The notes under the pieces: generated by a model
Database searches by the model: none
What the model saw: only the letters and a program-made list of their open reading frames with translations
Told to the model about the DNA's origin: nothing
Position numbers and translations under genes: made by a program
DNA from: Macrostomum lignano
Lineage: Eukaryota
Assembly: GCA_002269645.1 (NCBI GenBank)
Contig: NIVC01000001.1
Location: 1,178,001 to 1,242,000, forward strand
DNA length: 64,000 bases
Direction: 5' to 3'
Part shown: positions 38,238 to 55,403 of the stretch, in pieces
Layout: each line of letters begins with the position of its first letter
Numbering within the stretch: position 1 is the first letter of the stretch

Positions 38238-38984
38238 ATTTGCTAGTAATTAAGCGAGCAACTCTACCTCATATATTTGGTCCCTACTGCCACCCAGAAG
38301 TAGTCCTTGCATGACATATCAATAAATTGTATAATTTCAGAATGTATTTCACCTCGGTGTGCTCTGCACTGAGCCAAGTATAAGTATTATGTAAGTATTA
38401 CACTTTGTTATACATTCGACAGATGTGGAGCGACATTATGTGCAATACTCAACTGACTGGACCTTTAAAGAGCATCTGCGATTCTCCAAGAAGTACATGT
38501 AAAATGAGAGGTAACCATAAGCTCGACGAATGACAGGAGCAAAAAGACAGAGGCGCCCACCGGCCCAAGACAAAGTATTGACATCCCTTAGGTTAATTTG
38601 CGACCCTCCAAAATTAAAATTCCTATAGTAGGCCACTGCCTTCAAGTGCTTTTACTTAGTGGTTTTTGTGTGGAGTAGAGCCAGATATTTAATTATATAG
38701 TTTTCGTATACTGCTACTAAGGACTCGTGTCTTGAGTCTAAGTGCAACTAATTGTATAATGACTTTTACCGCCTCGGAACAATTAAATGCCGGTATATTT
38801 GCAATTTGTTTAAACATGACGCGAAGAATCGCGTGTATATTAAAATAATCAAAATGACCGGTATAATTTAAAAAGAGCAGGTTAATTAAAAAGCAGTAAT
38901 TCAAATGCAGAGTTGATACATAGCTACGCCGCACAACGTGAGCAAGCAATGGCAAAAGTAAAGACAATATGCCATGTCACGATG

Positions 38985-40362
38985 TCACCGCCGTTTAAAC
39001 AGACGCGACGATTTCACTTCTTCGCTGTAGCGAGCTGAAATGCAAATGATGCAAAATAAAGCACGGAGTTCATTAGAAACCGGATGCCTATGAGAGCTGT
39101 TCGCAGCTGCACTGACTCACCATGATCGCAAGGAATAATAAAAAACCGGGGAACAATGCCGCAGGCGGTGGCCCAGCACTGGCACTCAACTGCGCTGGGT
39201 AACCCGCCAGCTGCGCACATTGCGAATTTGACGCGAAATTCTGCGCAACACGCGGCTGCGTCAGGCTTGCCGCAGAGCTTTAAAAGAAAAATACTAATTA
39301 TATATCAGCCGATAACTGATTCAGTAATTTAGCACAATAGCAAGCAATCTAGTAGGCAGCTACCTTTTCAGACAGCAGATCATCACTGAGCGATACTAAC
39401 TTGATCGAATCCGCTTGCGCCAGGTACTTTAAACAGGTGGGCGACAGGTAGCGATTGCCTTTAATTAGGACAGGTGTTTTTTCAAATAATGTTTTGATGA
39501 TTTTTAATTGATGCAGATTGACAGTAGGAAGTTTTTTACGAGTAATAGTTCTTTCCGCAGGTAAGTACTAAATAATTTACTACCGTCTGCCAAGTACAAA
39601 ATCCTAGCTATACTCACCTGCTAGCATTAGAAACGCGAGCTGATTAGTTTGCTTGTACCTGACCGGGGCAGTCAGTGTGCGAACACCTTCAGATGTCAAG
39701 TCGTTGTGAGAAACATCCAGGTACCGGAGACTGTCAATATAAAGATAGGAGTGCAAATTTGTACAGCTGGTAGCTTTTCGATGACCGCTACAGCCAAATG
39801 CAGACAGGCAAACAGATAGACAGACAGACAGACGGACAATTAGTCAGACAAGTACCAAGGCAGACGGACCAAAGTTCAACAATAGTGAGTGGCGCTCATA
39901 CCGCCTATTAGCCGCAATGACTGGCACAAGCGGGTGCTGGTCCCACAGCCGGACACCGCGAATTGACACCCTGCGCAGCCAGCGCATCAGCGGCAGAACC
40001 AGCAGCAGCCGATTGCACAAAGGTGACCCCGGCTCCACCTGAATGAAGTCCAAGCACAGACAGGTGCAAAAACTGTCGCTAAACGCCTGGTCCATGAGCC
40101 GACAGACGCTAACTAACCGATTATCAGGGTCGCAGCTCCTATTCTCAAGCTGCTCAACTGCAGTCGCACTGCAGAAGCGTTGCAGCATGTCCAAGCCCAG
40201 GTGCTCGGGCACGAATGCCAGCGAATCAACTTGGTGCAGCCGAGGACCGATGAATCTGCAGCAGATGACTGTCAGGCTCTCGGGCTGGTGCATCGCTGCT
40301 GACTGGCTGCAGTAGAAATTTGAATTCCTCTGTAATAATGGCCTCCTTTGTAATGCTATCAT
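38985..40362 (-). CDS. LRRC42: Leucine-rich repeat protein LRRC42-like
   Basis: Phase-consistent exons 40362 (or 40293)-39902, 39730-39618, 39458-39364, 39277-39121, 39034-38985. Motifs ESL..HQVDSLAFVPE and LRYLDVSHNDLTSEGVRTLTAPVR (LRRC42 has GVRKMTAPVR). Confidence 0.82.
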
Positions 40363-40549
40363 AATCAAGAAGAGTGAGGCGCAACCATATTCTAAGGGAA
40401 CTCAAGGACCCATACAGTAGTCTCCGCACAGCGGTCTGCTATAAACATACCTGCCTACTATCAGCATAACCTCAGCTTATTAAGTCTAAAACTTGCAGAA
40501 AGTACTACCCGCAAAAACTGATCAGGAAAATGCTCTATTAGCTCGTATT

Positions 40550-40907
40550 ACAAGCCGGGGGCTCTGAGAGCGACATTGTCACACAACCAGCGAGAGGCAT
40601 TGCTGCCCATTCCGCCGACTCCCCTGATCAGGCACACACTCACACAGGAGTTTACCAAGGACCACTGTAGTAGACCTCTACTACAGTGGTCCTTGGAGTG
40701 TACAGCGGCCCTAACTTTATTTATCGTTAGGCAAGTACACTTCACTGTGCCTTGAGAGTTGGTCCTCAAGCTTGGAGTTAATTGCACGAGCAGAGCCAAG
40801 CCGAGATTCCAATTTAGCCTTCAAATTAATGTGACTGACTGCACTTGGAATCGAGCCTGGACCGCTGGCACATCAGAGCGCCGCACCAGACCACTGGGCT
40901 ACGTCCC
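40550..40907 (-). mobile_element. tRNA-derived SINE, family A, carrying a hairpin insertion
   Basis: Minus head GTAGCCCAGTGGTCTGG...GGCTCGATTCC; body matches 4575-4838. Confidence 0.75.
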
Positions 40908-41465
40908 GATCAGAAAAGTAGGAAATTTTAACTAGGAACTTTATAGAATGCTAAAATAATCTAGCTAGCTCTAGCAAAATTTTGTTATAAAAAGAAAAAT
41001 AGCAACCGATCAAAGTTCATTTAAAACAACACAAAAAATCTGTGTATTTCAGTAGCACTATAATTTAAAAACTTTTTCAAGCCAAAAAACAAAACAAAAC
41101 GACAACTAGAAAAAAACAAATAATAACAAAAATGCTGACAAATAAAAAACGGCAAATGCTTATAAACAGAATGACACTCTAAATAGCTAATATTCTATTT
41201 TGAACCTTCTTGGAAGAAAAAAGTTACGTAAACACCTAATATACTACTGTTCCCAATAGTAGCCGAAAATACTTAAAAATCTGAAATATTTATAAAAACG
41301 ACATTTAATTTGTTTTATCGCTAGTGCATTTTGCATGCGTTAGAGAACGCACATCGCTGAATGGGGGGGGGGGGTTTCGCCATAGACAAATTTGGTAGTA
41401 GAACCTTCAGCTGTCTTTTCTTCTGGAGTCCGGGCGGTTTCTCTGGCCAACTGCAAATCCCCAGA

Positions 41466-46341
<4,876 letters not shown>

Positions 46342-46522
46342 ACATTATATAATTATTTTAAATACCATTCTTAAAACTATTTTTACTACTTCAGCTGAAA
46401 ACAATAATTACTACTACATGTAGTAGCATATACAAAAAATACACATTATTAATAGTAAAAATTCACATACTTCCCCATATTTTAATGTAAAATAGTCAGT
46501 AAAAGTGTATTATTATTAATTT

Positions 46523-46747
46523 TTATAAGATTATATAAAGGACCGCAGGGACCGCGCAGGCGTGGCCAGGGACGATCAGCCCACTACGTCGACTGCCTTT
46601 TTGAAGATGCGCGAGCACCTAGCCAGGCGGCCGGTGTGAAGCACATTAGAGACCTGGCTCTGAAACGCACGATTTAATGCTCCCCCCTTTTGGCTACTCC
46701 TGTGGCTGGCGTGGGGCGTAACTATTATTATTATTATAAGATTATAT
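46523..46747 (+). mobile_element. 5'-truncated LINE 3' end (RTE-like) with 14-bp target-site duplication
   Basis: TTATAAGATTATAT at 46523-46536 and 46734-46747 flanks a GC-rich insert encoding GPQGPRRRGQGRSAHYVDCLFED...* with a (TAT)n tail. Confidence 0.7.
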
Positions 46748-49700
46748 GTATATTAAAAGAATACAAGTAACAAGAGAATGGTAGGTATTTGTATAATATT
46801 TATATTTTTTGATAGTACAGTTTTTCCAGACAATATTATTCTGGGGGAATCCAAGTCAAGCCTAAAGGCTATATGTAGAAACACTGAAGCATCTATGGTC
46901 AAGCTTAACTAAAAATTCAAGGCTTGTTCTTTTTTACAACATATATAGTATTCAAGGAATTGGGACTATTTAGCAATTCTATCAAGATCAGACAACAATA
47001 GACTAGATTATAGACATTTATCAACTTTAATTCCAAAATGAAAGAGCTTTTTAAAGCTTTTTTAACCTATCCTAGCAAATAATAGACACCAGACAAGATA
47101 GGAAATTGAAAAGGAAATCTCTAGGCTGGGAAAAATTATAGAAAAAATATGTAACTTGATTAAAACCTTGCAGATTAATTTGTTTCTATTTATATCAATG
47201 TCTAAAACTAACCTAAGACTTGTTACATGTTTTGTTTCTCAAATGACAAAAAGAAGTAATTTTATAGAAAATTTTAAATAATTGCTTAGGCCTATTAGTT
47301 CTTGGTATTTTTCCCCTGTTTGTCACCTTTAATGAAAATCTTAACTTCCATTAATGGCAAAAAATAGCATTAAAACAAAAAGTCTTAACCTATTAACTCT
47401 TAATTTTATTAAGTTAGTTGAAATTTAACTGATAATCATTAATCTATTAAAGTTAACACAGATAATATAGAAATCATACACTTTTTTCAAAATAGACTTC
47501 TATAATGCACTGTCTTTGCTTTTTTACCTTTATAGCAAAACACAGAGGTCATCTAAGAGATTTACAAGCAAAAAAGTAATAAATAATAATTAAAAAACTT
47601 TTATGTATAATACTACTAAAAGTAAGCATATGGTAAAAAAGTACCTCATTTATTTGAAAGTTGAAAGCTAATTAGTTATTAATAAACTTCAAATAGGAAG
47701 GTTCTTTCAGTAGCATTAGCAGGCAGAGCAGAAAGTTGCAAAAGATTGGGAGAGAAGTGAATCAAAGTGACTCATGCTCATGCGCAAGCAATAAAGTTCA
47801 TAATTTTAATTCATTATTAAAGTTCATTAGTAAGAAGTTGTTACATTTGCATGATTATTGTTATAAACAAAGAGATCAATTAGGCATTTAAAGTAAATAT
47901 GAATACATTTGTAATGTTGTAACTTCTTGTCAGACTTATATTTTTGTTCTTTCTTTGCATCTTTGGTTATTGATATTGCCATTAACGTTAACAATGAATT
48001 TGTTAATAACTCACAAAAATTATTAATGCAAATTTGTTAATCCATTAGTACCAAAAAATCTTGATGGCAGTCCATTAACGTTAATGAAAAATCTTAATGC
48101 TTAATAATGCTTATTAATGGATTAATGCTTATTAATGGACTAGTGCCCAACACTGGTATTTTCAGACATTTAAAAAAATCTTTAAGATCTTAAGTCAAGA
48201 TGTTGTATTTAATATATTGTCAAGATTTGAGACAATGTATAAAACTATGATAGACTTCTAAAAGATGTCAAATAATTTTAATCTATCAAAAACCTATACA
48301 AAATTTAATTTAACTAAGTATATTTAATGGATATCATAAAATATATATCAAATACTATTAGACAATCACTTTCTATTACTTTCACCCAAGTTAGAATATA
48401 CAAGTATGACTAGTAGGCCTAGTGCAAGCTAGGCTTACTGTCTAGCCTACACAAATGCTATTTTTTATCTTTTATTTATAATTTTTTATATTAAGCCCAT
48501 ATATTAAAGGCTAAATTAGATAGAAAACTCTTCCAAAAATGGATATAGCTAGAGCATAAAAATGAAATTCAGAAAAATCACACAAACTATTAAACACAAA
48601 ACACCCCTGAATAGTTTAAATTATACTGATCTATGACATGTGCTAAAAAAATCATAGGTCAAAATGTTAAAAAATAATATAAAATCATATCAATGAATGA
48701 ATTAGGTTAACTAATCAGCACAAAAACTTTTGATGCAACGAAAACTAACGATTTACTTGTAAATCACTAAAAATTCAAATATTCAGCATTGTGATATGAT
48801 GATAAAATGCAAATATTCCATGCAATGCAAGGACTTTATATTTAAAGGGCGTGAAATTTTCACTGGTTCTACAGTGAATAAAATATCTAATAATTTCTTT
48901 TCAAGAGCCCCTAGCGATTTATTTATTGCTGCACTATAATGATACTGACAACTACAGCTAGGCGACTTAATTCAAATCAGTTGTCAAAGTGGCGCAGCCT
49001 GGTGGTGGGAGAGAGCGCTTGCAAAATCGAGCATGCGATTGCAATTCGAAAATTGTTTGATGACGTGCGTTAAAACAAAAGCGTAGAAAAATAGACCTAT
49101 TAAGACGGATAAAGTAGCTTCTGTTATAATTTTTTCCTCACTTTTAAGTAATCTTACAACTGTTGGTTAAGAATATAATTTCGCAAAAACTTTTGCAGAT
49201 TTTTTGCCAATTATTTTTTAGTTTGACGGTACACATGTACAAATTTTCAGAACTACGTCTCAAACTAATTTTCCTGTATATATAGGTACTTAGGAGAGCA
49301 AAACATTATTTTTTAAACTTGAAGGGCCAGAAGAATCACATAAAAGGGAAATATAAGGCAAAATAAAGGTGTTTGTGCTTTCTCACGTACGAGAACAGCC
49401 GCGATAACTGCCTGCATGGCTAAAAAATCATTAAATACTATCAGTTCATCTGACTGCATGCAGCTTTGACTATAGTTTATATCTGATTTTAAGGACCTAC
49501 AAGTGTTCGAGCTAGCATGGGAACCGCTAAGCTATATACATGTAACTGTACTAAATCGAACAAAAATTGACAGTTCTTTTTATTACAGGGTCATGAACAT
49601 GTGATCGAACGCTTACAATAGAATAGAATATTCACAGAATGGGAGTAATTTGTCTATGTTGCGGATTATAAGGTCGTTTGAATTAAGTCTTACTCACCAG

Positions 49701-49819
49701 AGGAATTTTTCGAGATTGAGCAAAATCGATTTTTTTCATACGGCCTATCACATGTACATGTATAGTCGCTAGTGCCGTGCGCATATTATAACTTCTTATA
49801 CGAGCTATATGATTCCCAG

Positions 49820-50568
49820 GATTCGAAAATTCGGCTCTAAGTTACTCAACGATAGCCCCTTGTTACTCACTGATTCACTAAGTTACTCAATGATCTCCAA
49901 AAGTTACTCAATGATGATCCCCAAGTTACGAGTACTCATTATTTGATTCACAGAGCTACTCCGATCACTGATTCCCTATAAGTTACTTAATGATTCCCAG
50001 ATTTATTTAGTATCTAAGAACTGCCTTAGATGTAGACGTGTAGTTTTGTCACTCATTTTTGAATTTCTTGGGAAACCATCGGAGTTACTTGGGAACTCAT
50101 TGAATAACTTTGGTAATTATTGATCGTAACTTGCGGAATCATTGAGTAACTTTGGAAATCATTGAGTAACTTTGGAAATCATTGAGTAACTTTGGGAATC
50201 ATTGAGTAACTTTGGGAAAAATTGAGTAACTTTGGGAAAAATTGAGTAACTTGCGGAATTATTGAGTAACTTGCAGAATCATTAAGTAACTAACTTGCGG
50301 AATCATTAAGTAACTTGCGGAATCATTAAGTAACTTGCGGAATCATTAAGTAACTTGCGGAATCATTAAGTAACTTGCGGAATCATTAAGTAACTTGCGG
50401 AATCATTGAGTAACTTGCGGAATCATTAAGTAACTAACTTGCGGAATCATTAAGTAACTTGCGGAATCATTGAGTAACTTGCGGAATCATTGAGTAACTA
50501 AGGAAATCATAGGAGAATTGAACAAACTCACAAAAATACCAACTGCAGGAAATTTCCGATTTCGAATC
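49820..50568. mobile_element. Foldback-like element with inverted arrays of ~20-bp subrepeats
   Basis: Ends GATTCGAAAATTCGG and CCGATTTCGAATC. The left arm has AAGTTACTCAAT repeats; the right arm has ATTGAGTAACTT repeats. Confidence 0.6.
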
Positions 50569-51419
50569 TGCGTCACTCGGCATGGAAAATTCCGTGAACT
50601 AATTAGCTAATCAAAGGCAGTTGCCAGCAGGCGATGAGCAAGTCAATTATTTAAGACAGCGACGACTCAATAAAAAATTCTTCTGAACAACCGAAAAACT
50701 GCGAATATTGCAGGCATCTCCTGGGAGCAGATTAATCTGGAGGCGGGTGCCAAACAGATAACAGGGCCGACCCTCATTAGCAATTTATTGGATTGACAGT
50801 GGCGGCTCGCTCACGGCAGCTCAAAATTATGGCAAAAATTTTAATGAAATTTTAATGACTGACAAGTCGCCACGGGATCGCTGGGCGTTTCGTGCCGCCT
50901 CATTTTTCTTTGGGCCTGATCGCCATTTTAATCTGGTCGATCTGCTGACGCAAATCGAGCAGCGGGTCGTCGCGGGGTGCCGGTCTCGCCCCATGGCTGC
51001 AGGTTGCAGATATCCGGAATTGTCGCCGTGGGACCTCCGCGCTCAGGCAACCCACCGCCCCTGGGGCCCGGCGCCAGGGACCTCTTGAAAGCTTGAAATT
51101 TGGAAACGAAACTCAAGCAGGGGATTGACGGGGGTTCTGTTGGCATGCAAAAATGCTTAATACCCGAAAAATTGTAACTTATTACCTCAGCAATGGTTAC
51201 AAGTAGCCCCTCCCTGACTCACGCTGTCCCGCTGTAGCATATAAATCAAGCACTTGTCATCGGTGACTCATTTGAGCGTGAATGAATTTAAAAAAGAATG
51301 GAAATGCCACACAATTGTAGTCACTTCATCAGGGGCGTCGCCAGGATCATTGAAGGAGCTTTTTTTCATAGGCGTTTTTTAACTTGGCAATTTTTTATCT
51401 CACTCGGCGCCAACTTTTG

Positions 51420-51790
51420 TTTGACTGGGCGCCACTTTTTTATTTGACTGGGCGCCACATTTTTAGTTGATTGGGCGCCATTAGAGCTGACTGGGCGCCA
51501 TTAGAGCTGACTGGGCGCCAGTATAGCTGACTGGGCGCCAGTATAGCTGCCTGGGCCCCAGTATAGCTGCTTGGGCGTCAGTATTGCTGCCTGGGCGCCA
51601 GTATTGCTGCCTGGGCGCCAGTATTGCTGTTGTGGGCGCCAGTATAGCTGCCTGGGCGCCAGTATAGCTGCCTGGGCGCCAGTATAGCTGCCTGGGCCCC
51701 AGTATAGCTGCTTGGGCGCCAGTATAGCTTCCTGGGCGCCAGTATAGCTGCCTGGGCGCCAGCAGTATAGCTGACTGGGCGCCAGTAAGA
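51420..51790. repeat. 20-bp minisatellite
   Basis: CTGGGCGCCAGTATAGCTGC. Confidence 0.88.
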
Positions 51791-52239
51791 GGCTCCCCAA
51801 GTGCATTCCTCAATGCAGCTGTTCCTATCGAGTTAGCAACAATAGCCATATGCTTCGCATCATCACTGACGGTGTAGTGTTGAGTCTGATCATTTCTTGC
51901 TTTTTCTATGCTCGGTTTCTGCAAACTGCGGTATTTTGAATTAAATTAATAAGTCTCAGCTGCATATTAGTGAGGGCAAGCAAGGGGCATTGCCATTGAC
52001 TCTGTGGAAGGGTGGTGTTTAGCAACAAAAACCATGGTTTTTTAAGTAAAACTTTTCACGTATTTATATGCACTACGAGATTTTCGATAACCAGTTTAGC
52101 CACTAAATATGAGAATACGATGCACAGGTAACATTGAGGCAAGTAGGAAAAATAAAACTTTCTGCTGATCATTGTTACATTTGGAGGTTAAACCAGGTGG
52201 AGGGACAACCAGTTTATTGCAGGGAGGCAATTACCAGTT

Positions 52240-52660
52240 AGGGGGGCAAACCACTTGGGGATAAACCAGTTGGGGGGACACTAGTTGGGGGGAATTAGTT
52301 GGGGGACAGGTGGAGGGCAAACAGGGACGAAGCAGGTGGGGGACAAAGCAGGTGGGGGACAAAGCAGGTGGGGGACAAAGCAGGTGGGGGACAAACCAGG
52401 TGGGGGACAAACCAGGTGGGGGACAAAGCAGGTGGGGGACAAAGCAGGTGGGGGACAAAGCAGGTGGGGGACAAACCAGGTGGGGGACAAAGCAGGTGGG
52501 GGACAAAGCAGGTGGGGGACAAAGCAGGTGGGGGACAAAGCAGGTGGGGGACAAAGCAGGTGGGGGACAAAGCAGGTGGGGGACAAAGCAGGTGGGGGAC
52601 AAACCAGGTGGGGGACAAACCAGGTGGGGGACAAACCAGGTGGGGACAAAACAGGTGGAG
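52240..52660. repeat. 16-bp G-run minisatellite
   Basis: AGCAGGTGGGGGACAA. Confidence 0.9.
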
Positions 52661-52833
52661 ACAAAACTTCGCAGTGAGGCCAGTGGCCAATAGCAGCGAA
52701 CGGTTTGGCGGCTTTCTACAAAAAAGCAGAAAAGCCAGCCCGTACTGGTGGAAGCCAATCAAATTTGCTACAATTCGCCGTCCAGGTGCGCAGCCTCAGG
52801 GATCCCTGGCTCGGGCACGGGCGGAGCGGTCTG

Positions 52834-52839
52834 TATAAA
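52834..52839 (+). promoter_or_regulatory. Candidate TATA box of the neuropeptide gene
   Basis: TATAAA in GC-rich context, 115 nt upstream of ATG 52949. Confidence 0.5.
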
Positions 52840-52948
52840 TGCGCCCAACGCTGGCAGGCAGTTCGGTCGCGTCCCAGCCATCGAAGTCTCCCGCACAGCT
52901 CCCGATCAGCAATCAAATCCAGTCAAATCAACTCAGAGCTCAACAACA

Positions 52949-53720
52949 ATGCGCGTCGGAGTCATCGGTCTCGTCCTCTGCGCCGTGCTGGTGCTGATGC
53001 AGTGCGCCTTCGCCCAGCAGTTCCACTTTAGCCACGGAGTTAACGGTAACTGCAATTCATATAATGGCCGTTTGTTACATTAAACTTGCTGATTGAATGG
53101 GCTTTCACAGTTTTCATTTACCACAAACAAATACATAAAATAAAATATCCACAATGAATTGCTACCATTTCAGGAGTTAACGGTAAAACTTCTCAGTTAA
53201 TTACCTCTACATTTACTTGTACAATGTACATGTACCGATTATTATTTGCTTTGGCAACAAATCACTCGCTTGTATTGCCGCTGTGCCTTATAACTAACAA
53301 TCACTAATTTGATTGAGTACATATAGCCCTACTCAAGTTACGTGCGACAACTAATTGTACTTCAATGTAACGTCGCAGGTTGGAAGCCCGGCAAGCGCGG
53401 CCTGGCCGAGGAGGGCCACGCTGGCCATCAGATCTTCCGGCTGAAGAAAGGCTACCACTTCTTCCGGCTGAAGAAGGACCAGGAGTGCGCCATCGGCGAG
53501 GAGGCCCGGGCGCTGCTGGCCGATATTGTGGTCAGTTTTTGGCTTCTGTTAAAAAACGCGCATCAATACCAGCAAACTATAAAACCAGCAAACTCTACTA
53601 TAAGTAGAAAAATACGAATATTTGTATTTTTTCTCTCCGTTTGTACAGAAATCTGCCCAGAGCGGCTCGCTGTGCCCGGCAGACAGGCAGGTGATTTCCG
53701 CGTTCGTGCAGAACCTCTGA
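52949..53720 (+). CDS. GnRH/corazonin-like neuropeptide precursor with extra xxFRL peptides
   Basis: Exons 52949-53045, optional 53174-53182, 53379-53530, 53649-53720. Signal peptide MRVGVIGLVLCAVLVLMQCAFA, then QQFHFSHGVN(GVN)GWKP-GKR, GLAEEGHAGHQIFRL-KK, GYHFFRL-KK and a tail with two Cys. Confidence 0.88.
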
Positions 53721-53964
53721 GAACGGCATCGGGACAGCTGATGGCAGCCAGATGATTTGTCAGCATCGGCATCGTCAGCAGCAAGACAACTGCACACTTT
53801 TTATTGTCTTAACTGTGACTGATATATGGAATAATCAAATATACGAGGCATGCTTGTGAAGATGGAATGATTGAATATTCGCCATCGTTACAGCAGTTTG
53901 ACCTCATCTAACAGTGTTGCATGAAACAATTGTAACTGCTTTTTAATTATTCTGGAGTTCAGAA

Positions 53965-54420
53965 AGTGGAGTGCCACTGATGGGGGAGAGAGGAGACTGG
54001 GGAGGCAGAGTGACACTGATGGGGGAGAGAGGAGACTGGGGAGGCAGAGTGACACTGATGGGAGAGAGAGGAGACTGTGAGACAATGTAGAGTGCCACTG
54101 ATGGGGGAGAGAGGAGACTGGGGAGGCAGAGTGATACTGATGGGGAAGAGAGGAGACTGGGGAGGCAGAGTGATACTGATGGGGAAGAGAGGAGACTGGG
54201 GAGGCAGAGTGATACTGATGGGGAAGAGAGGAGACTGGGGAGGCAGAGTGACACTGATGGGGAAGAGAGGAGACTGGGGAGGCAGAGTGACACTGATGGG
54301 GAAGAGAGGAGACTGTGACATAGAGTGACACTGATGGGGAAGAGAGGAGACTGGGGAGGCAGAGTGACACTGATGGGGAAGAGAGGAGACTGGGGAGGCA
54401 GAGTGGAACAGATGGGGAAG
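53965..54420. repeat. 39-bp purine-rich minisatellite
   Basis: GAGTGACACTGATGGGGAAGAGAGGAGACTGGGGAGGCA. Confidence 0.9.
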
Positions 54421-54764
54421 CTGAGAAGAGATCGAGGATACTGATGTAGAGGATACATATAATGTAAAAAAGCAGCAAAGCAATGAGACACGGTAAGATT
54501 GCAACATATATTACAGACGATAAACTTTATGTTAAAATTGTACCGTTTGAAATGAGGATTTGCGCGCGGCACAAAGGTGTGCATCAGCAAAGTATGATTA
54601 TTATTATTAACAATATTTTCGTAAAATAAAATGCAACACTTGCATTGCACTGCGCATACAGAGGCATTGTGAACCGAACCAATTTGCGCAGAAATTTTAT
54701 AAGCAAAAATACCAACAAGGTTTACACTCTTATGGACCAATTTATGTCGATGTGCAAAACCCGC

Positions 54765-55243
54765 CTAACAGGTGGGATAATAATCCTCAATGGGATAGCC
54801 CATATTCTAACAGGTGGGATAATAATCCTCAATGGGATAGCCCATATTCTAACAGGTGGGATAATAATCCTCAATGGGATCACACTTGTCTAAACAGATG
54901 GGATAATAATCCTCAATGGGATCACACTTGTCTAAACAGATGGGATAATAATCCTCAATGGGATCACACTTGTCTAAACAGATGGGATAATAATCCTCAA
55001 TGGGATCACACTTGTCTAAACAGATGGGATAATAATCCTCAATGGGATCACACTTGTCTAAACAGATGGGATAATAATCCTCAATGGGATCACACTTGTC
55101 TAAACAGATGGGATAATAATCCTCAATGGGATCACACTTGTCTAAACAGATGGGATAATAATCCTCAATGGGATCACACTTGTCTAAACAGATGGGATAA
55201 TAATCCTCAATGGGATCACACTTGTCTAAACAGATGGGATAAT
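54765..55243. repeat. 42-bp minisatellite, array 1
   Basis: AATCCTCAATGGGATCACACTTGTCTAAACAGATGGGATAAT. Confidence 0.92.
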
Positions 55244-55292
55244 GAAAGATTATTAAACGCCTATTTTGTGTAGAAATCATGAGACAATAATA

Positions 55293-55403
55293 TTGTGTCT
55301 ATGGTTTTAGGCCCTGATAATGCTCAAATGACACTCGTGACTTTGCTCCTGCTTCGCCACTCGTGACTTTGAGCATTATCAAAGCCTAAAACCATAGACA
55401 CAA
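55293..55403. mobile_element. 111-bp palindromic MITE-like hairpin
   Basis: TTGTGTCTATGGTTTTAGGC..TGATAATGCTCAAA pairs with TTTGAGCATTATCA..GCCTAAAACCATAGACACAA. Confidence 0.6.

Noticed and set aside
39121-39123. ATG|GTGAGT as the missing PDCD5 start exon
   Set aside because: It is the phase-1 donor of LRRC42 exon 4 (GAT CAT G|), which gives a continuous LRRC42 frame.
40226-40429. Separate protein overlapping the LRRC42 start
   Set aside because: Short alternate-frame ORF with no recognisable motif; the LRRC42 frame explains the region.
48985-49060. tRNA gene at TGGCGCAGCCTGGT
   Set aside because: An A-box-like motif only, with no B box or cloverleaf.
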